Made by a program: the position numbers and the translations under genes
Notes under the pieces: model-generated
What the model saw: the letters and a program-made list of their open reading frames with translations, nothing else
Told to the model about the DNA's origin: nothing
Database searches by the model: none
NCBI GenBank assembly: GCA_047517625.1
Contig: JAKZSO010000099.1
Coordinates: forward strand, 1 to 32,968
DNA length: 32,968 nt
Direction: 5' to 3'
Source of the DNA: Alphaproteobacteria bacterium
Lineage (GTDB): Bacteria; Pseudomonadota; Alphaproteobacteria; UBA2966; CAIVPW01
Shown here: positions 12,922 through 24,017 of the stretch, piece after piece
How positions within the stretch are numbered: the stretch's first letter is position 1
Layout: each line of letters opens with the position of its first letter

Positions 12922-14208
12922 CTAGTTTGCGGCCGCCCGCTGGTTCAATAGTGCCAAAGCGTGCAGTAAGTCAAAGGCTCGCGCAAGCTGATAGTCCGGC
13001 GTTGCATCTTCGGCCTCGGCTTCTTCTTCCGCCAAATCGTCGCCGCCTTCTTCGGGCACGTCCAAGGCGCCGCGAAGGTCCGCCTCGGTGCGCCTTGGGA
13101 AATTCCGGGTCTGGAGAATGACCAGGGAGGGCTCCACGACAATTTCCGGCTCGATCCCGGCGGCGTCAATCGAAACGCCGTCCGGGGTGTAATAATAGGA
13201 GGTGGTCAGTTGAACGAAGCCGAAATCGCCCATGGGAACAATGGTCTGGGCGGAGCCTTTGCCAAACGTGGTTTCCCCCAGCAAGATTGCCCTGGCGTTT
13301 GATTTCAGGGCACCCGCAACAATTTCCGACGCTGCTGCTGTGCCGCCGTTGACCAACAATACGATCGGCATTCCATTCAAGATATCGCCAGCGTCCGCGA
13401 CCCAATTCTGGCTGTCGTCGTCTGATTTGCCGCGCGAGGACACAATTTCGCCGCCGTCCAAAAACAGGTCGGCGACTTCGATGGCTTGATCGAACGATCC
13501 GCCGGGATTATCGCGCAGATCAAGCACGATTCCTTCAAATCCGTCGCCGACATCCTGTTGAATCGCGGCGATGGCGGCCGCCAAATCAGCGGCGGTGTCG
13601 TCCGTGAACAACGGCACGCGCACGTACCCGGTCACGGCCTGGGCGGTGTGGCTGAGCCGGGGAACCGCCACGATTTCGCGCACCATCGATGCCAGAAACG
13701 GGTCCGTCCCCGGCCGCACCATCGTTAGATCAACCATGGTTCCCGGCGTCCCAATCAAAACATTGATCGTCTGATCCAACGTCATGCCATAAACCGGCGT
13801 GGTGTCGATCTCGACAATCAAGTCCCCTGGCATCAGCCCCAAACGGTCGCCAGGGCCGCCGTCGATGGCCGCAATAATCATGGCAACGCCGCCGTCCATG
13901 GTGACTTCAAGGCCAAGCCCGTCATAGGTGCGAGTATCTTGTTCCTGCATCGCCGCGTATTGCTCGGGCGTCAGGAACCGCGACAAGGGGTCGAGCGCCG
14001 CCAACAGCCCGTCGATCGCGGCGCCGATCAGCGCTTCGTCAGCTACCTCCTCCACGTAGGCCGAGCGCACCCGGTCAAAAGCATCGCCAAACAAGTTCAG
14101 GACTTCGTACGTCTTGGGGTCGGCTGCCTGGCTCAGGGCAGGCGTGGCCAACAATGCCAGCGCCGCCGCCCCGGCGGTCAGGGAATTCCGCAACATCTTC
14201 ATTTTCAT
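12922..14208 (-). CDS. S41A carboxy-terminal protease paralog, predicted catalytically inactive (nucleophile Ser replaced by Ala)
   Basis: Start placed at ATG 14208 (MKMKMLRNS..., signal peptide), 10 nt after the ctpA stop. PDZ loop GLGLEV, LDLRDNPGG, GTAAASE in place of GSASASE, TFGKGSAQ, DYQLARA. Confidence 0.9.
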   Translation of the reverse strand: MKMKMLRNSLTAGAAALALLATPALSQAADPKTYEVLNLFGDAFDRVRSAYVEEVADEALIGAAIDGLLAALDPLSRFLTPEQYAAMQEQDTRTYDGLGLEVTMDGGVAMIIAAIDGGPGDRLGLMPGDLIVEIDTTPVYGMTLDQTINVLIGTPGTMVDLTMVRPGTDPFLASMVREIVAVPRLSHTAQAVTGYVRVPLFTDDTAADLAAAIAAIQQDVGDGFEGIVLDLRDNPGGSFDQAIEVADLFLDGGEIVSSRGKSDDDSQNWVADAGDILNGMPIVLLVNGGTAAASEIVAGALKSNARAILLGETTFGKGSAQTIVPMGDFGFVQLTTSYYYTPDGVSIDAAGIEPEIVVEPSLVILQTRNFPRRTEADLRGALDVPEEGGDDLAEEEAEAEDATPDYQLARAFDLLHALALLNQRAAAN

Positions 14209-14218
14209 ATCCGTCGCC

Positions 14219-15451
14219 TTAATTTGCTGCCAGACCGCCCTGGAACACTGCCATGGCGTGGAGCAAATCCAACGCACGGGAAAGCTGGTAATCGATGGGC
14301 CCGGTGTCAAACGGGACAATTTCCTGGCCATCCGGACCAATTTCCGGGGGTTTCGGGAACAGGGGTTCGATCTGCGCCTGCTCCACCACCACATCCGGGG
14401 TAATGCCGGTGCCCTGAATAGACCGCCCCGAAGGTGTGTAGTACCGCGAGGTGGTCAAGCGCATGGCGCCATAAACTCCCATGGGCATGATGGTTTGCAC
14501 CGAACCTTTGCCGAACGACCTGGTCCCGACGATCAACGCCCGCTGATGATCCTGCAACGCGCCAGCGACAATTTCTGATGCCGAGGCCGAGCCGCCGTTG
14601 ATCAAAACGATGATCGGCTTGCCGTCGGCCAAGTCGCCGCGCCTAGCGGTGTAGCGTTGCACCCGGGATGGGTCCCGGGCCCGGGTCGCGACCACTTCGC
14701 CACGGTTCAGAAAGGCCTCTGTGGCCGCAACCGATTGCTCCAGCAACCCACCGGGGTTGCCGCGCAGGTCCAAAATAACGCCTTCGAAATCGTCACCCAA
14801 TTCGGCTTTCAGTTCGGTCATCGCCCGCTTGATGCCGGATTCGGTTTGTTCAGAGAACGAAGTGATCAGAATATAGGCGGCGTTGCCCTCGACCCGGTAG
14901 CGCACCGAGGCCATGCGAATAACCGCCCGTGTCACCGAAATTGTAAAGGGGTCTGCCACGCCCTCGCGTTCGACGGTTAGTTCGATCGTGCTGTCGACCC
15001 TGCCGCGCATCAGATCGACGGCGTCGGACAAGGCCATGCCGGTAACGTCGTTGCCGTCCAGATGGGTAATGTGATCGCCCGCTTCGACCCCAGCCCTTTC
15101 CGCCGGTGTATCCGGCATTGGCCGAACCACCAGGACAAACCCTTCGTCCATGCGCACCTCGATACCCAGACCGCCGAACTCACCGCTGGTACGTTCCTGC
15201 ATCGCGCCATAGGTCTCGGCATCCATAAAGCTTGAATGGGGATCCAGTGAGGTCAGCATGGAATCGATGGCGGCGTTGACAAGTCGAAGCTCGTTCACTT
15301 CGCCCACGTAGCGGGCGCGGACCAATTCGAATACGTCGCCAAACAAGTTGAGCTGCTCGTACGTAGTTTTGGGGTCCGCCGCGCCGGCGCTTGTGGGGGC
15401 GGTGACAAGCCAAATGGCCGCGACCGCCGAGGTAAGGGCTGCCCTAATCAT
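14219..15451 (-). CDS. ctpA: Carboxy-terminal processing protease, S41A family
   Basis: Signal peptide, LDPHSS, PDZ loop FGGLGIEV, LDLRGNPGG. Catalytic Ser in GSASASE (14582-14584) and Lys in SFGKGSVQ (14507-14509). Confidence 0.95.
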   Translation of the reverse strand: MIRAALTSAVAAIWLVTAPTSAGAADPKTTYEQLNLFGDVFELVRARYVGEVNELRLVNAAIDSMLTSLDPHSSFMDAETYGAMQERTSGEFGGLGIEVRMDEGFVLVVRPMPDTPAERAGVEAGDHITHLDGNDVTGMALSDAVDLMRGRVDSTIELTVEREGVADPFTISVTRAVIRMASVRYRVEGNAAYILITSFSEQTESGIKRAMTELKAELGDDFEGVILDLRGNPGGLLEQSVAATEAFLNRGEVVATRARDPSRVQRYTARRGDLADGKPIIVLINGGSASASEIVAGALQDHQRALIVGTRSFGKGSVQTIMPMGVYGAMRLTTSRYYTPSGRSIQGTGITPDVVVEQAQIEPLFPKPPEIGPDGQEIVPFDTGPIDYQLSRALDLLHAMAVFQGGLAAN

Positions 15452-16737
15452 TTAATGTCCTCTTCTTCCTTAACCACCCGAAATTGGGGCTTGCGACCCA
15501 AATTCGGAATTGCCCGCCGGACCCATGTCCGTCCGGGCCTTGCGAGCCCCCTAAGATCAGCAAACCACGGTGATGGGTTAATTGGGTTCCCGTCCTGGCG
15601 CAGTTCGACATAGACCGTAGACTGGTTGGCATCCCCGCCCCCAGCCACACCAACAGGCTCTCCAGACAGGAGCCATTGGCCCACTTGGGCATCAATGCGG
15701 GAAAGCCCAGCAATCAAGGTATGGTACCCCTCGCCATGGGCGATGATCAAGAGCAGGCCGTAGCTTCTGAACGGCCCAGCAAAGACGATCCGACCCTCAA
15801 AAGGCGCCACCACCCGAGCTTCTTGGCGGGTTGCCACCGTTAATCCCCGGGCGGGCGTCCCAACCTCGTCCAAAGCCCCAAACCGCAGGATGACTGTACC
15901 TTGGACGGGCAATGGCACCTGGCCTCTGGCCTCGGCGAAAGACCGGGACGCCACCGGCGGAAGCGCCAATCCGGCGTTTTCTTCCTCGTTCAGACGGCCG
16001 ATCAATTCTCGGAGATCACCGGCCTGGGTCGCCAAATCGTCCATTCTCAAGCGCTCCGCCGCGCGTTCGGCTTGGGTTTGCTGGCGCTGGGTATTGTTGC
16101 GCTCCAACATCCGCGCCAGGGTTTGGCGCTGGTTTTCCGAGCGGTCGGTGGCAAACACCAGTTCCAATTGTTTTTCAGTAATTTCGTCGCGCAATCCGCG
16201 CACCGCACGAAGTTCGGCGTTCAAAGTATCTGCCCGGTCCCCCAAGGCCGGCAGGACGGCGGCCAGCAGAATCGACGATCGCACCACATCCACCGCCGCC
16301 CCGGGCCCGGCGATCAGCGTTTCCGGGGGTTGCCGGGCAATCCGTGCAAGGCTGGCCAACACCGCCCCCAGTTCCTCCGCCTGACCTTGAACGGCGGCGG
16401 CTTTGACCGATTCTTCCGCCCGCATCCCGGCCAACCGGGTTTCAATGGCCGTCGCTTCGCCCTCCAGCCGCAACACTTCCAGGGCCGCGGTGATTAGACC
16501 GTCGCGTAGATCTTCCAACTCCAGGATCAGGCGCTCCGCTTCCGCGCCGAGCTGCTGCTGGCGCTCCCGGCTTTGGCGCAGCTGTTCTTCAAGCCCCTCG
16601 AGGCGCTCCAATTCGTCCTGGCCGACCGCGGGGTCGGGGGACAGGCCGATCAGGATGGCAAAAACCGCCAAAACACCCAGCCCAACGCCGATCGCGCGGT
16701 GCCCAGCGCCGACCCAGGCCAGGCGCCCGCCGGACAT
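15448..16737 (-). CDS. envC: Murein hydrolase activator EnvC-like protein (coiled coil plus degenerate M23/LytM domain)
   Basis: Hydrophobic N-terminus, long coiled coil, LytM motifs PVQG, VVAPFEGRIVFAGPFRSYG, GEPVG, YVELR...PINP; Zn ligands absent; between gpmI and ctpA. Confidence 0.88.
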   Translation of the reverse strand: MSGGRLAWVGAGHRAIGVGLGVLAVFAILIGLSPDPAVGQDELERLEGLEEQLRQSRERQQQLGAEAERLILELEDLRDGLITAALEVLRLEGEATAIETRLAGMRAEESVKAAAVQGQAEELGAVLASLARIARQPPETLIAGPGAAVDVVRSSILLAAVLPALGDRADTLNAELRAVRGLRDEITEKQLELVFATDRSENQRQTLARMLERNNTQRQQTQAERAAERLRMDDLATQAGDLRELIGRLNEEENAGLALPPVASRSFAEARGQVPLPVQGTVILRFGALDEVGTPARGLTVATRQEARVVAPFEGRIVFAGPFRSYGLLLIIAHGEGYHTLIAGLSRIDAQVGQWLLSGEPVGVAGGGDANQSTVYVELRQDGNPINPSPWFADLRGLARPGRTWVRRAIPNLGRKPQFRVVKEEEDIK

Positions 16738-18308
16738 TACGCCTTGGCCGCGCCGGGCTTTGTGCTGCTGGTGACCAGCAGGGAGTGCCCGGTCATGTCC
16801 TGGGGCTGGTCAAGGCCCAAAAACGGCAGCAACGTCGGCGCAATGTCGGCCAGGCGTCCGCTGGCCAGCCCGGTGATGTGCGACGGCGCATTGACCAGAA
16901 TGGCGGGAACCGGGAATGTGGTGTGGGCAGTGTGGGGCTCGCCGGTGTCGGGGTCCCGCATCAGCTCGGCATTGCCGTGGTCGGCTGTGACAAGCAGCAC
17001 GCCGCCAGCCTGTGTTACTGTTGTCTCCAATCGGCCTAAGCATTGATCCACGGACTCCACGGCTTGGACCGCCGCCCGCAAATCACCGCTGTGGCCCACC
17101 ATGTCGGCATTGGCATAATTGACCAAAATGAAATCATAGATATCCGACTGAATTGCCTCTTCCAGACGGTCGGTCAGTTCGGGCGCCGACATCGACGGTT
17201 TTTTGTCATAGGTGCGAACCTTGGGCGATGGCACCAGGACCCGGTCTTCGCCAGTAAATACCTTTTCATCGCCGCCATTAAAAAAGAACGTGACGTGGGC
17301 GTACTTTTCCGTTTCGGCGATGCGCAATTGACGATGGCCGGCCCGGGCCACCAATTGGCCCATGGTATTTTCGATTGGCTGGTGGGGGAACAGGGTGATC
17401 ATCAAATCGCTGAGGCGGTCGGAATAGGCAGCCATACCGGCGGCGGCCGCGAACTTGATCTGGCGGTCCCGGGCAAAGCCTGAAAAATTCGGCTCCATCA
17501 GCGCGCTCAAAATCTGCCGCGCCCGGTCGGCGCGGAAATTGACCATCAAAAATCCGTCGCCATCGGCCATGCCGTCATAATCGCCAATGATCGTCGGCTG
17601 CAGGAATTCATCGGTTTCGTCTCTGGCGTAGCCGGCTTCGATGGCGCCGCGGGCGGATGTGGCTTCCAGGCCGTGGCCCTCGGCGATGGCCCGATACCCG
17701 CGCGAGGCCCGGCCCCAGCGATTGTCCCGGTCCATGGTGAAATAGCGTCCGGTGACCGTGGCGACGTCGATCCCCGCGGTGCCTTTCAATTCGCCTTCGA
17801 TCCAATCCAAATATTGCAGGGCGCTTTGGGGCGGTGCGTCCCGGCCATCGGTGAAAATGTGAAACAGCACCGGGATGCCGTGGCCGGCAACCGCATGGGC
17901 CACATGGGCCAAGTGGCTCATATGCGAATGGACGCCGCCGGGGGACAGCAGGCCCATCAGATGACAGATTCCGCCGCTGTCTTTCAGCGCCACGACAAAC
18001 TGGTTCATGCCGTCGTTGTCGGCGAAGCCGTCGTCGGTGGCGGCGTCGATGCGGGGGAGCACTTGCTCGACGGTGCGCCCAGCCCCCAGGTTCATATGCC
18101 CGACTTCGGAATTCCCCATCTGGCCTTCTGGCAGGCCAACTTCCGAAGATGACGTCGCCAGAAACCCCGTGGGGCAGGACCGCATCAGCCGGTCGTAATT
18201 CGGCGTGCCCGCAACGGCGATGGCATTGTCTTTCGGATCTTCGCGGTGGCCCCAACCATCCAGCACACACAGGACGACCGGCCGCCGCACCAGGGACTTA
18301 GCACTCAT
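16737..18308 (-). CDS. gpmI: 2,3-bisphosphoglycerate-independent phosphoglycerate mutase
   Basis: LDGWG, GQMGNSEVGH, AETEKYAHVTFF, NADMVGHSG, TADHGNAE. Confidence 0.98.
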   Translation of the reverse strand: MSAKSLVRRPVVLCVLDGWGHREDPKDNAIAVAGTPNYDRLMRSCPTGFLATSSSEVGLPEGQMGNSEVGHMNLGAGRTVEQVLPRIDAATDDGFADNDGMNQFVVALKDSGGICHLMGLLSPGGVHSHMSHLAHVAHAVAGHGIPVLFHIFTDGRDAPPQSALQYLDWIEGELKGTAGIDVATVTGRYFTMDRDNRWGRASRGYRAIAEGHGLEATSARGAIEAGYARDETDEFLQPTIIGDYDGMADGDGFLMVNFRADRARQILSALMEPNFSGFARDRQIKFAAAAGMAAYSDRLSDLMITLFPHQPIENTMGQLVARAGHRQLRIAETEKYAHVTFFFNGGDEKVFTGEDRVLVPSPKVRTYDKKPSMSAPELTDRLEEAIQSDIYDFILVNYANADMVGHSGDLRAAVQAVESVDQCLGRLETTVTQAGGVLLVTADHGNAELMRDPDTGEPHTAHTTFPVPAILVNAPSHITGLASGRLADIAPTLLPFLGLDQPQDMTGHSLLVTSSTKPGAAKA

Positions 18309-18640
18309 CCCGCTGCGCGCCCGTCGTCGGCGGCTAAGTCAGCGGACCACATTTTTTCCAGATTGTAGAAATCCCGGACTTCGGGCCGGAACAGATGGAC
18401 GATCACGTCACCGGCGTCGATCAAAACCCAATCGCATTGGCTTAAGCCCTCGACCCCCGGGCGACCGAACCCCCCGGCCTTGATCTGCTGGACCATATGA
18501 TCCGCCATGGCCCCGACCTGGCGGGTCGAGGTGCCGGAGGCGACGACCATGAAATCAGCGATCGAGGTTTTGCCGGCCAGGTCGATCGTGAAAACGTCGA
18601 TGGCCTTGTCGTCGTCCAAAGAGGTCTCGACAATCTTCAA
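18305..18640 (-). CDS. rsfS: Ribosome silencing factor (Iojap family); start uncertain
   Basis: LDDDKA, IADFMVVASGTSTRQV, WVLIDAGDVIVHLF, RDFYNLEKMW. The frame stays open 24 codons upstream of the TTG at 18640. Confidence 0.95.
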   Translation of the reverse strand: MKIVETSLDDDKAIDVFTIDLAGKTSIADFMVVASGTSTRQVGAMADHMVQQIKAGGFGRPGVEGLSQCDWVLIDAGDVIVHLFRPEVRDFYNLEKMWSADLAADDGRAAG

Positions 18641-18680
18641 CAGGCCTTCCGATGGGCTCGCAGCAGCCAGGGTTTTGCGG

Positions 18681-19334
18681 TTACGCGCGATGGTCTGTTG
18701 CTCCCGATCTCAAGCCTGATTTCTCCCTGCGAATGGCGGTGGCGGACGCGCTGTCCGTTTCCGCCGATAAAAAGGCCCACGCTGGGGGTGGCTGATCAGC
18801 CAGCCCCGCCGCCCGGGCTTGACTGACCCGGTTTCCGGCGAACTGGCGGGCCGCCACGCCCGATTTGGCGCGAAAAGAATAAGTGGGGCGGTCAAAGACC
18901 GCAACCGGCACAGATCGGAAGATTTGGGTCCATTGGCGCCAGCGATGGATCTGGGCCAGGTTGTCCGCCCCCATCACCCATACGAATCGGATGCCGCCAT
19001 ACCGCGCCTTTATTTTGGGCAGGGTTTCAGCGGTGTATCGGGTGCCCAGGTGCCGTTCCAGGTCGCTGACCACAATGCGGGCCTCGGCGGCGGCAAATAC
19101 CTTGGCGTCGGCCAGCCTGCCACCAAAAGGCGCCATGTCGTGGGCCAATTTCATCGGGTTCTGGGGCGATACCAGCCACCACACTTGGTCAAGGGCGAGG
19201 ATATTCAAGGCCAGTTGGCTAATCAGCAGATGCCCGGAATGAGCGGGATTGAACGATCCCCCCAGCAAGCCAACGCGTTTCGGCAATAGCCGATGGCCGG
19301 GCGCGCCGCCGCCGCCGTTCACTGGGGCGGTCAA
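18681..19334 (-). CDS. nadD: Nicotinate-nucleotide adenylyltransferase
   Basis: [14 protein letters not shown] (HxGH), [16 protein letters not shown]; downstream of proA. Confidence 0.95.
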   Translation of the reverse strand: MTAPVNGGGGAPGHRLLPKRVGLLGGSFNPAHSGHLLISQLALNILALDQVWWLVSPQNPMKLAHDMAPFGGRLADAKVFAAAEARIVVSDLERHLGTRYTAETLPKIKARYGGIRFVWVMGADNLAQIHRWRQWTQIFRSVPVAVFDRPTYSFRAKSGVAARQFAGNRVSQARAAGLADQPPPAWAFLSAETDSASATAIRREKSGLRSGATDHRA

Positions 19335-20625
19335 GGGCGGGTCTGGCCGGCGCCGTGGATCACGTATTTGAACGTGGTCAGTTGCTCCACTCCGACAGGG
19401 CCCCGGGCATGAAGCCGCCCGGTGGAGATGCCAATTTCGGCGCCCATGCCGAATTCACCGCCGTCGGCGTACTGGGTCGAGGCGTTGTGCAGGACAATGG
19501 CGCTGTCGACCTCGGCCAAAAACCGCGCGGCAGCCCCGTCGTCGCCAGTGACGATGGCGTCGGTGTGATGGGAGCCGAACGTATTCACATGGTCAATAGC
19601 GTGGTCCAAGCCGTTCACCACCCGCACCGCAATAATCGCGTCCAGATACTCCGCTCGCCAGTCATCTTCGGTGGCCTGTGTTGCCCGGGGGTCCAATGTT
19701 TGCGTTTGCGCGTCGCCGCGTATCGCGCATCCGGCCTCCGCCAGGGCATCCAAAATCGCAGGCAGGTGGCTTTTCGCCACCGCCCGGTCAACCAACAAGG
19801 TTTCCGCCGCACCACACACGCCAGTGCGCCGCATCTTGGCGTTGACCGCGATGTCCCGGGCCATGTTCTTGTCGGCATCTTGGTGCACATACACGTGGCA
19901 AACACCTTCCAGGTGCGCGAACACCGGCACCCGGCTGTCGCGTTGGACCCGTTCGACCAATGATCGCCCGCCCCGGGGGATAATCACGTCGATGGTATCG
20001 CTCATGGCCAGCATGGCGCCAACGGCGTCCCGGTCCCGTGTGGGGATCAGTTGCAGCGCTCCCTCGGGCAACCGCGCCGCTGATACGCCAGCCTGCAGCG
20101 CCCGGAAAATGGCCAGGGACGAATGAAAGCTTTCAGAGCCGCCGCGCAGAATTGCCGGGTTGCCTGACTTTAGGCACAATGCCCCGGCGTCCGCGGTGAC
20201 GTTGGGGCGGGATTCGTAAATGACTCCGATCACCCCCAAGGGCACCCGCACCCGGGAAATGCGCAATCCATTGGGGCGGTCCCATTCGGCGATGGTTGCC
20301 CCCACAGGGTCGTCCAAAGCGGCGATTTCGGTCAGGCCTTGGGCCATCCCATCGATACGATCTTGATTGAGTACCAGGCGATCGACCAAGGCGCCGGACA
20401 GGCCTTTAGCTTCGGCCGCCTCCACATCAATAGCGTTGGCCGCCAGGATATCCGGCGCCGACGCCAGGATCGTTTCCGCCGCTACTGTCAGCGCCTTGTT
20501 CTTGGCATCGGTCGTTGCCATCGCCATGGGACCCGCAGCATTTTTCGCTGCCGCACCAATCCCGGCCATGATGACACCGACGTCTTCGGCCTCAACATCG
20601 ACAGCTGTCGGGTTCGCGGGCGCGG

Positions 20626-20629
<4 letters not shown>
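19331..20629 (-). CDS. proA: Gamma-glutamyl phosphate reductase
   Basis: [23 protein letters not shown], catalytic [27 protein letters not shown]. Confidence 0.98.
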
Positions 20630-23200
<2,571 letters not shown>

Positions 23201-23211
<11 letters not shown>

Positions 23212-23785
23212 CGGTTTTGTCCTTCTTGGCCCCAGTCTTTTTCTTTGCGACGGGCTTTTTCGCGGCGGTTTTCGGCTTCCCGGCGGCTTCGGCCTTTGTC
23301 GCGGGTTTCGCCTTGGCATCGGGTTTTGCAGCCGTTTTTGCTTCAGCCTCTGGTCTTGCGGCCGCTTTCGCTTCAGACTTCGGCTTTGCAGCGGCCTTTG
23401 GCTTTGCAGCGGTCTGTGGCTTTGCAGCGTCCTGTGGCTTTGCAGCGACCGCTTGTTTGGCGGGTTTCATGCCCGGGGCGGTAATTTCCGAAATCCGCAG
23501 AACTGTAGTCAATTGCCGATGGCCTGCGGTGCGCCGGTAGCCCTTGCGCCGCTTGCGCTTGAAAACCTTGATTTTGTCCGCGCGGGCGTGCTCGACCACC
23601 GTGGCCCTAACCTTGGCGCCGTCCACGTTGGGCTTGCCCACTGTCGTCTTTGTGCCGTCGCCAACAATCAAAACGTCGCCCAAATCCACCGAGGATCCAG
23701 ACTCACCAGCCATGCGCTCAACGACAATGACTTCGTTTTGGGCGACCTTGTATTGCTTGCCGCCAGAGCGGATGACCGCGAACAT
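23201..23785 (-). CDS. rplU: 50S ribosomal protein L21 with about 90-aa Ala/Lys/Pro-rich C-terminal extension
   Basis: [32 protein letters not shown], followed by AAKP repeats. Confidence 0.97.
23382..23447. repeat. 18-bp tandem repeat (four copies of the core GGCTTTGCAGCG) encoding AAKPxx
   Basis: Identical 12-mer at 23382, 23400, 23418 and 23436. Confidence 0.9.
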
Positions 23786-23842
23786 AGAACTTCCAATGTG
23801 TGTTTTGGGCGCTGGTAACGGTCGCGCCTGTGACCGGCCGCG

Positions 23843-23870
23843 AGGATACCCGCAAAGCCTTGCTTGTCAA
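23843..23870 (-). promoter_or_regulatory. Sigma70-type promoter for rplU-rpmA
   Basis: Minus strand TTGACA-16 nt-TATCCT, 57 nt upstream of the rplU ATG. Confidence 0.65.
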
Positions 23871-23923
23871 CGAATTTCGCTGATTTTTTTGACCAAAACG
23901 CCGATGCACGGGCAAGGGCGGAT

Positions 23924-23962
23924 GGCGAGATTCAAGCCAACAGGTTGATTTTGAGTCTCGCC
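23924..23962. promoter_or_regulatory. Long imperfect inverted repeat upstream of aapJ
   Basis: GGCGAGATTCAA...TTGAGTCTCGCC (11 of 12 complementary, the twelfth a G-T pair) around an inner CAAC-AG-GTTG. Confidence 0.5.
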
Positions 23963-24017
23963 GACAGCAGTATCACTCGGACCAAGTGAGTTCTTGAATA
24001 ACTATTGGGAGGGAAGA

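Noticed and set aside
14209-14394. 62-codon N-terminal extension of the ctpA paralog in the ORF track
   Set aside because: Overlaps the ctpA 3' end in another frame; the signal peptide begins at ATG 14208. No evidence of a fusion or programmed frameshift.
23382-23447. Regularly spaced repeat as a possible CRISPR array
   Set aside because: 18-bp period with 6-nt variable parts, in frame within rplU, and no cas genes.
23905-23921. TGCAC half-site upstream of aapJ as an NtrC box
   Set aside because: The second half-site does not match GTGCA.
24006-24016. TGGGAG in the aapJ ribosome-binding region as an AbcR-type sRNA target
   Set aside because: Indistinguishable from an ordinary strong Shine-Dalgarno sequence, and no such sRNA is visible in the window.
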